DNA from: a bacterium
GTDB taxonomy: Bacteria > Myxococcota_A > Bradymonadia > Bradymonadales > Bradymonadaceae
DNA: 34,625 nucleotides
Assembly (NCBI GenBank): GCA_030427705.1
Contig: JAUIBR010000002.1
Location: 220,631-255,255 of the forward strand
Direction of reading: 5' to 3'
The position numbers and the translations under genes are program-made. Positions 15,059 through 23,993 of the stretch are shown here, piece after piece. The first letter of the stretch is position 1, and each line of letters opens with the position of its first letter. Below the pieces are notes generated by a model, which saw nothing but the letters and a program-made list of their open reading frames with translations, did no database searches and had not been told where the DNA came from.

Positions 15059-18000
15059 GTGCATGCTAACACTCACTTTCAAGGTGTGATGGAGCCATTG
15101 ATGGCAAAGCTTCCTCAGCTTCCAAAAGCTGGTGACATGGTTGCGGGGCGTTTCCGCATTCTCGAACTACTCGGGAGTGGCGGTTTCGGTACTGTTTACC
15201 GCGGTCTTCAAGAGAACGTGGGCCGGGAAGTTGCGCTTAAATTCCTCACACCTGGCGTCGCTAAAGACCCTGTAAATGTCGAGCGATTCCGTCGCGAGGC
15301 CTACCACGTCAGCCAACTCCGCCACCCAAATACCATCACCCTTTACGACTACGGCCAGACCGAGGAAGGCCTGATCTACATGGTCATGGAGATCCTCGAG
15401 GGCACAAGTCTGGCGGATACGGTGCAAGACGAGGGGGCCATCGAATGGCCGCGGGCCTCACACATTTTCATCCAAGTACTCAAGAGCCTATCTGAAGCGC
15501 ACCAGCGCGGGCTCGTACACCGCGATCTCAAACCGGAGAACATCTTCCTCTGTGAGCTTTTTGGCGAGCAAGACTACGTGAAGGTGTTGGATTTCGGCGT
15601 CGCGAAGATGACGATGACAGGCGACGATGACGAAGGCTCTGAAGAGAAACTGACCAAGGCTGGTCGTATCTTCGGAACGCCAATGTACATGGCGCCTGAG
15701 CAGGCATGCGCTGAACCGATCACGCCGGCCACCGACGTCTATGCGTTGGGGCTGCTGATCTTCGAGATGCTAACGGGCCTTCCGCCGGTTACAGGCCGTA
15801 ACCGCATGGATGTGATCCACAAGCAGATCCGCGATCCGGTTCCAGAGCTCACCAAGGAATTGGAGGGCACACATCTGGGCGATTTCATCCGGAAAGCGAC
15901 CGAGAAGAAACCGTCCGATCGGTACTTGGACGCATCGGAAATGCTGGAAGCGTTTGTTTTTGCCCTCCGTGGCATGAATATTCGCCCGAAAGCACGTGGA
16001 GCGACGCATCCTGAGATCTCCCTGACCGCGCTTGTCCCAGATGGGATCGACGCGATCAGCGATGTCTCTGAGGACGAACCGCTTTCGCAACCCATTCCGA
16101 AGGCCGTGTTGACGGAGGCGGATCAGACGATGCCGGCTCCGCAGGGGTTCACGGGCGATCCAAACGCCACCAAGCCACCACCAGGTGTCTATCCCGTGGC
16201 TGGTGCGGATCAAAGCGTCGACGAGATCGAGATCGACAGCAAGCCGACGAAGCCAATGCCGCCCCCGATTCCTGCGGCCCCTGATGCACCTACGAAAGCA
16301 TCGATGCCGACGACCGAGCGCAAAGAGCTCGCGCAGCGCATGGCCAGCGCGGAGCGCCGACAACTTGACCGACCAGCGTCCAAACCCCGGTACGAACTGC
16401 CGCTGATTGGGCGTGAAAAAGACGTGCTTCGCCTGTCGAGTTTGGTGCAAGAGCACATCTTCTCGAACGATGGCCATATCGTCTTTTTGGAAGGCGAGAA
16501 CGGCGTCGGAAAGTCGCGTGTCGTCAACGCGCTGCAGTCGAATCTGCGAAACTTGGGCGTCGATGTATGTATCGGCAACAGCCGGCCACGATCGATTCCG
16601 CTTGAGCCACTTCGTGAGGCGATCGCGGACTACTGGGGCGTAAGTCACGCAGAGCGTATGCAGGTCGACACGACGCTGCGCACAGACCTCGGCGCGACTG
16701 GCGATTACCAGGAAGAAGAGATCAATCGATTGGTCGACTTCCTTCGTCCGCGAGGACAGGAAGAGACGCAGGTCGATCTGGGCTCCGACGAGACCGGCGT
16801 TATGTACGCGCAGATCGAGCGGGTTCTGGTCGGGCTGTCACAGCGAAAGCAGCTCGTCATCGTGCTCGAAGACATTCAGTACGCAGACAGCGCGACACTC
16901 GCGTTTTTAGAGTACTTCGCCGTCACATTGCGCACGCAGAATCTGCCCATCGTCCTGGTGTTGACCTTCCGCCCTGAAGAGAGAGCCGCGAACCGCGACC
17001 TCGAACAAAGTCTGCGTACGATCGTCAGCAATGTCGGAACCGGGTTCACCCGCTACGTCCTGCGACGACTTCGTGGTCGGGACCTGTCGGTGCTCTTGGA
17101 CCATATCCTGACGCTGGAACCACGCTTGAAAGAGCGTATCGGTTGGCTGAGCCAAGGCGTTCCCCTTCATGCGATTCAGATCGTTCGCTACCTGCAAAAC
17201 GAAGGTAGCCTGGCGAAGAAGAAGAAGCGCTGGGGACTTAAGAAGGGCTCCCCCCGGGAAATCGATCTTCCGCCGGATTTGATGGATCTGATGCGCCTTC
17301 GCATCGAACAAGCGACTTCCCACGAGAATCGCCCGAGCCTGAAGGCAACGCTCGAGTGGTTGGCGACGTTGGGTATGCGGACCCCGGTCGAACTGCTGGG
17401 CGCAGTCGTCGGTGGTAGTGCCGCGAACCTCGACGAAGACCTGGGATTGCTTCGTGAACAAGGCATCGTCCGACAAACGCTGCATCAGAATCTGATCTGC
17501 GTAGAGTTCGACAACAGCCTGCTGCGCGAAGCAATTCTTAAGGAATTGTCTGAACGCTGGGCGAATCGACGGCTGCACCACGCCGCTGCCGAAAAGAAGA
17601 TCGAATTCTACAAAGCCAAAGGGATGGAAGTTCCACTGGTGGAAATCGCTGAGCACTGGCGACAGGCGGGTGAGACGGACAAATACCGCGATACGATCTT
17701 TGCGGCGGCGCAGCGGTCTATGCAACGTCAGGACCTACGCGGTGCTCGAGAGCGCTATCGCGAGCTCGCCGACCTGTTGGAATCGCGTGACGATTTGGGT
17801 GAACTTTGGTCGAACGCACAGCTCTCACTGGCCGAACTCGCATGGCGATTCGGTGAGTTTGGCCTCGCCGAAGACCGCTTCAAACGCGCGATCCAGAAAG
17901 GTGCCACCAAGGGACCGGGACTGGGCCGCGCGTTTCGTGGTTTGGGGCACCTTTTGGTGATGCAGGGCCGCCAAACTGAGGCCCAGCAGTGGTACCAAAA

Positions 18001-19318
18001 CGCGCTGGATTGGAGCCGTAAACACAACGACGGGCGTGGCGTGGCCAAAGCGCTCATCGGCCTCTCAAAGGTTCACCTCATCAACGGAGATCTGGCTGCC
18101 GAAGCAGAGGACTCTGAGCAGCTTGTGGGCATGCTTCCCAAGCTTCCGCGCGGCGAGATTTCCGGCAAAGTGCAGATGCACCTCGCGGAGTCGGCTCGCC
18201 GTCGCGGCGACCTGACGAAGCGACGCGACTATCTCGTGAAAGCTCGCCAGGAATTCGAGCAAGTAAACCACCGCCCCGGTCTCTCGGACGCCCTGCTCGC
18301 CTTGGGTAGCGCGTTTATGGACCCCGCGATGGACGCGCCAAACCGCTGGCAGGATGCCGGGCAGATGTTCCGACAAGCCTTGGAGCTGAAGCGGTCGTTG
18401 GGCGACCGAATGGGCGTGGCAGAAGCCTACCGAAACCTTGGCCAGCTTGAGGTCGAGCTTGGTAATTACAAAGGCGGAGAGGAATTGCTCCAGCAGAGCC
18501 TCTCGATCCACGAGGCGCTCGGCACACGTTACTACGCCGCTGCAGTCTACAACGCCATGGGTGTGGCCAGCCTGTACATGCGTGACTACGCGGCCGCCCA
18601 GCAGCAAATGCAGAAGGCAACGGACATCTTCAAACGCCTCGGCGACAAGATTGCGATGTCGCACTGCATGATGAATCTGGGAGAGCTGGCGCTTAACAGC
18701 GGCGACATCGCGAAGGCACAGACGATGCTTCGTGAAGCGCGTCGAATGAAAGAGTCGCTAGGAACCAGCTGGGCCGTCTACGACATCCGAAATCACCTCG
18801 CCATTGTCGCGATGTGGCTGGGCGAGTTCGACGAGGCCGAGAAACTCCTCGAAGAAACGCTGCAGACTGTCGATGAACGTGGAACCGGAGAAGACCGCGC
18901 CGTTGCCCGAAGCCTGTTTGGCCTGCTGCGCTGCTTCCAGAGCCGCCTGCAGCTTGCAGCCCTCGAACTTGGCCGTGCGCGCGCAGATGCTGAAGACCTT
19001 GGCACGGACCGTGTCACGTTCTTCTGCCAGGCCAATGCCGCATTCTATGCTGGCCTCACAGAATCGGAATCCGCGTTCAAAGGGATCGTGGAGACATTCC
19101 GAAATGAAGAATTCTTCTACACGCTCGATAAGCTGGTTTGGTTGGAGTTGTTGCGACGCCTCGCGACCAAAACCGCCGAGACCGAGCGCAGTCGCCAGTC
19201 GGTGCGGTTGCTTCAGACAACCGCACGATTGCACGAGGAGCTTGGATTCACGGACGAGAGCAAATCGCTCGAAGATACCGCATCCCAGCTGGAAGAAGAG
19301 ATCAATCAAGCCCGATAA
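15059..19318 (+). CDS. Ser/Thr protein kinase fused to a P-loop NTPase (AAA/STAND-type) and a long C-terminal TPR array (1419 aa). The likely true start is the ATG at 15101.
   Basis: Kinase motifs GSGGFGTVYRG, VALK, HRDLKPENIFL, DFGVAK, GTPMYMAPE. A Pro-rich linker follows. Walker A is GENGVGKSRV, and there is a Walker B-like LVIVLEDIQYAD. Many TPR-like repeats follow. GGAG lies 6 nt upstream of the ATG at 15101. Confidence 0.85.
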   Translation: MHANTHFQGVMEPLMAKLPQLPKAGDMVAGRFRILELLGSGGFGTVYRGLQENVGREVALKFLTPGVAKDPVNVERFRREAYHVSQLRHPNTITLYDYGQTEEGLIYMVMEILEGTSLADTVQDEGAIEWPRASHIFIQVLKSLSEAHQRGLVHRDLKPENIFLCELFGEQDYVKVLDFGVAKMTMTGDDDEGSEEKLTKAGRIFGTPMYMAPEQACAEPITPATDVYALGLLIFEMLTGLPPVTGRNRMDVIHKQIRDPVPELTKELEGTHLGDFIRKATEKKPSDRYLDASEMLEAFVFALRGMNIRPKARGATHPEISLTALVPDGIDAISDVSEDEPLSQPIPKAVLTEADQTMPAPQGFTGDPNATKPPPGVYPVAGADQSVDEIEIDSKPTKPMPPPIPAAPDAPTKASMPTTERKELAQRMASAERRQLDRPASKPRYELPLIGREKDVLRLSSLVQEHIFSNDGHIVFLEGENGVGKSRVVNALQSNLRNLGVDVCIGNSRPRSIPLEPLREAIADYWGVSHAERMQVDTTLRTDLGATGDYQEEEINRLVDFLRPRGQEETQVDLGSDETGVMYAQIERVLVGLSQRKQLVIVLEDIQYADSATLAFLEYFAVTLRTQNLPIVLVLTFRPEERAANRDLEQSLRTIVSNVGTGFTRYVLRRLRGRDLSVLLDHILTLEPRLKERIGWLSQGVPLHAIQIVRYLQNEGSLAKKKKRWGLKKGSPREIDLPPDLMDLMRLRIEQATSHENRPSLKATLEWLATLGMRTPVELLGAVVGGSAANLDEDLGLLREQGIVRQTLHQNLICVEFDNSLLREAILKELSERWANRRLHHAAAEKKIEFYKAKGMEVPLVEIAEHWRQAGETDKYRDTIFAAAQRSMQRQDLRGARERYRELADLLESRDDLGELWSNAQLSLAELAWRFGEFGLAEDRFKRAIQKGATKGPGLGRAFRGLGHLLVMQGRQTEAQQWYQNALDWSRKHNDGRGVAKALIGLSKVHLINGDLAAEAEDSEQLVGMLPKLPRGEISGKVQMHLAESARRRGDLTKRRDYLVKARQEFEQVNHRPGLSDALLALGSAFMDPAMDAPNRWQDAGQMFRQALELKRSLGDRMGVAEAYRNLGQLEVELGNYKGGEELLQQSLSIHEALGTRYYAAAVYNAMGVASLYMRDYAAAQQQMQKATDIFKRLGDKIAMSHCMMNLGELALNSGDIAKAQTMLREARRMKESLGTSWAVYDIRNHLAIVAMWLGEFDEAEKLLEETLQTVDERGTGEDRAVARSLFGLLRCFQSRLQLAALELGRARADAEDLGTDRVTFFCQANAAFYAGLTESESAFKGIVETFRNEEFFYTLDKLVWLELLRRLATKTAETERSRQSVRLLQTTARLHEELGFTDESKSLEDTASQLEEEINQAR

Positions 19319-19335
19319 TTTTTGCGGAGCACAAA

Positions 19336-19620
19336 ATGCCTGCCCCCAAGCTCGATGATGCTGCGATCGAAACCAATCTCTCTGCTCTCGATGGTTGGTC
19401 GCGCAAAGGCGACAAGATCGAACGAAAGTTCGAGTTCGATGACTTCCTGACCGCAATAGCGTTCATCAATCGCATTGCCCCGCTCGCGGAGGAAGCCGAC
19501 CACCACCCCGAGTTGTTCAATGTATACAACCGCGTTGAGATCGAACTGACCACCCACGATAGCGGTGGCATCACCCAAAAGGACTTCGATCTTGCTGCAG
19601 CAATTGATGCAGTTGCGTAA
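19336..19620 (+). CDS. phhB: Pterin-4a-carbinolamine dehydratase (PCD/DCoH).
   Basis: PCD signature EEADHHPELFNVYNRVEIELTTHD ([ED]xHHPx5-6Yx2Vx3TH[DE]). The product is 94 aa. GGAG lies 6 nt upstream. It sits inside the longer annotated ORF 19138..19620, whose upstream part overlaps the kinase gene. Confidence 0.8.
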   Translation: MPAPKLDDAAIETNLSALDGWSRKGDKIERKFEFDDFLTAIAFINRIAPLAEEADHHPELFNVYNRVEIELTTHDSGGITQKDFDLAAAIDAVA

Positions 19621-19722
19621 TCAGCACAGCTAAGCACAAGACCGCATATCATAAGGGGAAACAAAATTCCGATTAGACTCTTGAATTCTTAATCCCACCT
19701 GTTATGTTGCGCCGCACAACAA

Positions 19723-21342
19723 ATGACTCTGGCAGGTCGCGAAATGAATTTCTTTACCACACTTATTGATCTAATCGCTGAACGTCCCCTCATTTGGGGC
19801 CTCTTCCTTGTCTACATGGTGGGCACGTCCTACCTGGCGTGGCTTGGCCACAAGAAGACGCAAGACCTTGAGAGTTTTGCTGTCGGCAAGGGTGATATGA
19901 ACCCCTGGATGGTCGGCGTAACGCTGGCAGCGTCCATTGCTTCCACCGCGACGTTCGTCATCAATCCGGGCTTTGTTTACGTTCATGGCCTTTCTGCATT
20001 CATGCACCTCGGTGTTGCAGCGGGGCTGGGTATCGTGCTTGGCCTGCTGATCATGAGCCTTGGATTTCGCCGAATCGGTGTGAAAACGAAGGCCCTCACC
20101 CTGCCCCACTGGCTCGGTGAACGGTTTCAATCTCGTGCGATGACGGTCTTCTTCGCATTGGTAAACCTGCTGACCGTGACATTTGTGGTCCTCATCGTCG
20201 GCGGCCTTTCCATCGTGATGCAACAGACGTTGGGCCTCACCAATGTGCAGTCACTGATCCTTATTATTGGCTTTGTATTTAGCTACATCTTCGTGGGCGG
20301 AACGTATGCGCACGCATACACAAACACGTTCCAAGGCCTGTTGATGGTCGTCATTGCCGGCATCATCGTGGCAAGCGGCTTCCCACTTTTGGCTGATGGT
20401 CTTGGAGCGGCGAGCGACGTTGTTGCAGCGCAAAATCCAAACCTTGTGCTGGGCGTCAACCCCGAGAGTCCGTTGTTTGGGACGTTCTTCAGCGTCTACG
20501 TATCTGGCTTCGTCATTGGGTTCGCGCTGGTTTCGCAGCCACATATCATGATCAAAGCAATGTACGTCGAGAGCGATAGTGACGTCTGGAAATACCTGGG
20601 CGTCACCATCGGCGTTTCCGTCGTCTTTACCGCCCTGCTCTTTGTCGGCTTCTACGCTCACCTCGCCGCGATTCCGGCGGACCGCTTCGTCGACGCAGCG
20701 ACCGGCGCATTTCGGCAGGACATGGTGATGACGGTCTATATCACGGAGACGTTCTCGCCAACTTGGGTCGCGATCATCACGGTCGCCTTGCTCGCAGCGG
20801 GAATGAGCACACTCGACGGCCTGCTCATCGCCCTGTCGAGTATCACGGCCAACGACCTCTTCCTTAACTTGACCCGAAACAACTTGCTCGCGGAAATGGA
20901 CGAGCCATCGAAGCTCAAAGCCGCGCACCGTGCGGGTCAGCTCATCCTCATCGCGTTGGGTGTCGTGACCTTCATCATCGCCCTCGACCCACCCAAGTTG
21001 CTTGGGATTTTTGGTCAGGTTGGCGTGTACGGCATCATTGCCGCGAGCGCCGCCCCTATCTTGTTTGGAATCATCTTCGAGTCGTTCGGAAAGATTGGGG
21101 CATTCGCCTCGGCGATTACCGGGCTTGGGGTCCACCTCGCTCTCTACCTGATGAACATGAATGGCGCTTTCGACGCGTCATGGGGGTTCGCAAACCCAGG
21201 CGTGACGGCGACCTACGCTATCTTCGGTAGCGTTGCTGTATGTTTGCTTTCGGTGGCTGTGAACGCGGTTTTGCGACGCGAAGAACCTGGACAGGCTGAC
21301 GCCGCAGATTCCTCAAGCCTGAGCGCACGCGCCAGCGTCTAG
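19723..21342 (+). CDS. Sodium:solute symporter family (SSF) transporter. The alternative start at 19744 is plausible.
   Basis: About 13 TM helices. The N-terminal region WLGHKKTQDLESFAVGKGDMNPWMVGVTLAASIASTATFVINPGF matches the SSF consensus (GRsl..w..g.Sl.At.lSa.tflG). Confidence 0.75.
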   Translation: MTLAGREMNFFTTLIDLIAERPLIWGLFLVYMVGTSYLAWLGHKKTQDLESFAVGKGDMNPWMVGVTLAASIASTATFVINPGFVYVHGLSAFMHLGVAAGLGIVLGLLIMSLGFRRIGVKTKALTLPHWLGERFQSRAMTVFFALVNLLTVTFVVLIVGGLSIVMQQTLGLTNVQSLILIIGFVFSYIFVGGTYAHAYTNTFQGLLMVVIAGIIVASGFPLLADGLGAASDVVAAQNPNLVLGVNPESPLFGTFFSVYVSGFVIGFALVSQPHIMIKAMYVESDSDVWKYLGVTIGVSVVFTALLFVGFYAHLAAIPADRFVDAATGAFRQDMVMTVYITETFSPTWVAIITVALLAAGMSTLDGLLIALSSITANDLFLNLTRNNLLAEMDEPSKLKAAHRAGQLILIALGVVTFIIALDPPKLLGIFGQVGVYGIIAASAAPILFGIIFESFGKIGAFASAITGLGVHLALYLMNMNGAFDASWGFANPGVTATYAIFGSVAVCLLSVAVNAVLRREEPGQADAADSSSLSARASV

Positions 21343-21343
21343 C

Positions 21344-22186
21344 CTACTTCTTCGACCAGTTGTCGACAGCGATGAACTCAGATTTGTCGCCCAGCGCGCT
21401 GCAGTAACCAGCGAACAATTGGCTCGCGAAGTACTGCGTGAATGGCGCATCCTTCGCCGATGAATCACGCAAACGCGAATTGATTTCCTTCGAACCGACA
21501 TGGGTGTCTGCGGGTTTGGTGAGGTTCACCACAATCGGCGAAACTGCGCCACCCGCATAGCCGCGGGCCGTAACCGTGCCGTCAGAATCTACAGACTCAA
21601 CAACCGCAACATGCGTGTACCAGTCGTTGTTGCGGCCATCTTCGTTCGCATCCAGCACATTATGGAAGAACACCAGGTCGCCGATTTGAGGTTTGGCGTC
21701 GTGCGAGACTTTGCCTTGCGCCTTGCACTCTTTATACAGCGCAGGAATGGACGACTTCGCCTTGGCGCCAAACTCGACACCATTTGCCTTGTAGACATCC
21801 CAGATGTACGCGGCTGCAACGGGTGGCTCGTACGAGCCACCGAACTTGGAGGCCGACGAAAGCGCTTCGCTCTGCGTTCCACCAACGTTCATCTTTCCGA
21901 CGGTAGACAAAGTTGGGTACTTCGACTTTTTGGGCGTCGCCTTCTTGGCTGCAACTTTAGTGGCTTTCGCGGGAGTCGCATCACCGCCAACCGCGTAGAC
22001 GCGCTTGGGCTTATTGTGGTCGCCTGCGGAATCAAACGGGTCGTACTCTCGCGATTTACGTTGGGAAGGATGGTTCTGAGCATTTAGGAGCGGTGAATTG
22101 TAGATGTGGAATGGAGCGTTGCTCGAAGTTGAGCACGCCGTCAGGGTCAACATCACGAAAATCACTGCAATCTGCTTTGCCATCAT
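21344..22186 (-). CDS. Lipoprotein with a C-terminal CHAP/NlpC-P60-like (papain-fold) amidase/peptidase domain. The ORF extends to 22231, but the ATG at 22186 gives a proper signal peptide.
   Basis: MMAKQIAVIFVMLTLTAC has lipobox LTAC. A Lys/Ala/Pro-rich linker follows. Then ...ECKAQGK...PQIGDLVFFHN...WYTHVAVVESVDSDGTVTARGYAGG, consistent with the CHAP pattern (Cys ... GDlvff ... H-hydrophobic ... dG). Confidence 0.6.
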   Translation of the reverse strand: MMAKQIAVIFVMLTLTACSTSSNAPFHIYNSPLLNAQNHPSQRKSREYDPFDSAGDHNKPKRVYAVGGDATPAKATKVAAKKATPKKSKYPTLSTVGKMNVGGTQSEALSSASKFGGSYEPPVAAAYIWDVYKANGVEFGAKAKSSIPALYKECKAQGKVSHDAKPQIGDLVFFHNVLDANEDGRNNDWYTHVAVVESVDSDGTVTARGYAGGAVSPIVVNLTKPADTHVGSKEINSRLRDSSAKDAPFTQYFASQLFAGYCSALGDKSEFIAVDNWSKK

Positions 22187-22295
22187 CTGCCTCTGAGCCG
22201 GTGTTTGTCCGTGTGATCCGATGTAGGACAATCACGGTGTCCGAAGCACAGTGTATGATGGATTGGGGGTTAGCCAAGAAATTGGCAGCGAATCT

Positions 22296-23909
22296 TTATT
22301 TGCAGGTGACGCGGTTCAGCAGCTTGGATGCGCTGACTTCGAAAGTCTTGGTCTTGTTGACCGATTTCGATTTGAACTCGATCTCATACTCACCCTGACG
22401 CAAGCGAGTCGAGATAGGGGTCGTACCGACCTTTTTGCCTTTGTAATAGACGTCGGCAACCGGTTTGCAGGAGACCGACACGATCACGCCTTCGCTGCCA
22501 TGATCAAACGTCGGGTCGACTTTCGGCGCATCGTGATGCACCGGTTCCTTCTTTGACACCACGGGTGTCTCGGTTTCGGGCTGCTTCTTCAGATACACCA
22601 TGGTGTAGAACAGGTAGCCGCCGACCGCGGTGACGACGAGAAACAAGATCGCGAACACCGCAATCAAGCCACCGTTAGAGCCGCCACCGTCATCTGCCGG
22701 CAACACGGACTCAGAAGTGACGGTGTCCGTCCGAATCTCTGCAGGACGTTTCATCTCGACCGAAGGCATCGCGCCGGTCTCGATGTTTTCCAACATGATT
22801 TCTTCCTGAGTCTTCTCTCGGATCGGACCGTTGGTGCCTGTCACATGAGGTGAAGGCTCCGGAGTCATATGATCAAACTTCGGCGAAGAATCGTCTTGTT
22901 GTGGCTGCGGCTGTGAGCGCGCCTTGCTTTGTGCGGCCGTGTGCCGCGTCGTTGGAAGTCCTTGAACCTGGCGGATATAGGCCGCCACTTCACGGTCGCC
23001 GACATATCCTGCGTGCTCACGGAGCAACGACTCGACATCGCGCAACATGTCGTGCGCATCGATATACCGATCGTCGGCATTCTTTGCGGTCGCCTTCTGG
23101 ATTACCGCGTTGACCGCCTCTGGCAAGTCGGTCCTTACGGCGCAAACACTCGGCGTCGGCTGAGTCAAAATGTTCGTTACAGCGGCGAGGTCTTCGCCAA
23201 ATGGCTTTTGCCCGGCGAGCAGTTCATAGAACAGGACACCAGCCGCGAAGATATCGACACGGCGGTCGATCTCTTGGGATTGAATCTGCTCCGGCGCCAT
23301 GTACGCGTACTTGCCCTTCACAGCTCCGGTCTGCGTCTTGCTTTGATTCGCCTTGGCTTTTGCGACCCCAAAGTCCACCAGTTTAACGATCCCATCGTTG
23401 GAAACGATCACGTTGTGAGGTGTGACGTCGCGATGCACCAGGTTGTAAGGAGTGCCGTCCCTGTCGGTGTAATCGTGTGCGTAGTCGAGCGCTTCGAGCA
23501 CGTCGATGATGACCTTTGATGCGATGCCAAGAGGCATCACTTCGCCTCGAGATGCAGTGGTTTCAACGAGGTCGGACAGATCCATACCGTCGATGAATTC
23601 CATGGCGATGAAGTACTCTTCACCCGCCTGCCCCAGCTCATAGATCTGTGCGATCTTCGGGTGCGACAGTTGCGCAGCCAATCGTGCTTCATCCAAGAAC
23701 ATCTTCGTAAAGCTCTCATCCCGCGCCAAATGCGGTAGAATCTGCTTAATGACCAGTTCTTTGTTGAATCCGCCGGGGCCAGCCTGTTCAGCTAGCCAGA
23801 TCTCTGCCATCCCTCCAGTGGCAAGATGTCTTACCAACGTGTATTTTCCGAGAGTTCGGGTGGCTTCCATCCCGTCGAGAGCGCTAGAGTTCATGAGTAT
23901 CGAACGCAT
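22296..23909 (-). CDS. Transmembrane Ser/Thr protein kinase with an extracytoplasmic C-terminal PEGA-like domain.
   Basis: Kinase motifs GGMAEIWLA, HRDVTPHNVIV, DFGVAKA, YMAPE. A single TM helix LIAVFAILFLVVTAVGGYLFYTMVYL. The C-terminal region VSVSCKPVADVYYKGKKVGTTPISTRLRQGEYEIEFKS is PEGA-like. Confidence 0.85.
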   Translation of the reverse strand: MRSILMNSSALDGMEATRTLGKYTLVRHLATGGMAEIWLAEQAGPGGFNKELVIKQILPHLARDESFTKMFLDEARLAAQLSHPKIAQIYELGQAGEEYFIAMEFIDGMDLSDLVETTASRGEVMPLGIASKVIIDVLEALDYAHDYTDRDGTPYNLVHRDVTPHNVIVSNDGIVKLVDFGVAKAKANQSKTQTGAVKGKYAYMAPEQIQSQEIDRRVDIFAAGVLFYELLAGQKPFGEDLAAVTNILTQPTPSVCAVRTDLPEAVNAVIQKATAKNADDRYIDAHDMLRDVESLLREHAGYVGDREVAAYIRQVQGLPTTRHTAAQSKARSQPQPQQDDSSPKFDHMTPEPSPHVTGTNGPIREKTQEEIMLENIETGAMPSVEMKRPAEIRTDTVTSESVLPADDGGGSNGGLIAVFAILFLVVTAVGGYLFYTMVYLKKQPETETPVVSKKEPVHHDAPKVDPTFDHGSEGVIVSVSCKPVADVYYKGKKVGTTPISTRLRQGEYEIEFKSKSVNKTKTFEVSASKLLNRVTCK

Positions 23910-23993
23910 AATAAAACTAAATCAGCGCCTAAACTCGTGCAAGAATAAGCACTCGAAGAACAGTAGTTTGTTCGTTTCCTGTTCCCAATCGGT

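Noticed and set aside
15770-19456. Several 200-290-aa minus-strand ORFs (15770..16648, 16907..17725, 18065..18664, 18758..19456) inside the STAND kinase gene
   Set aside because: All are Arg/Pro/Ser-rich antisense frames of a motif-rich kinase gene, with no domains.
19621-19722. Possible promoter TTGAAT-(15 nt)-TTATGT upstream of the symporter gene
   Set aside because: The spacer is shorter than optimal and there is no further support, so I did not list it as a feature.
20251-21135. 294-aa minus-strand ORF inside the symporter gene
   Set aside because: It is highly charged (R/D/E-rich) and antisense to a polytopic transporter gene with clear TM periodicity.
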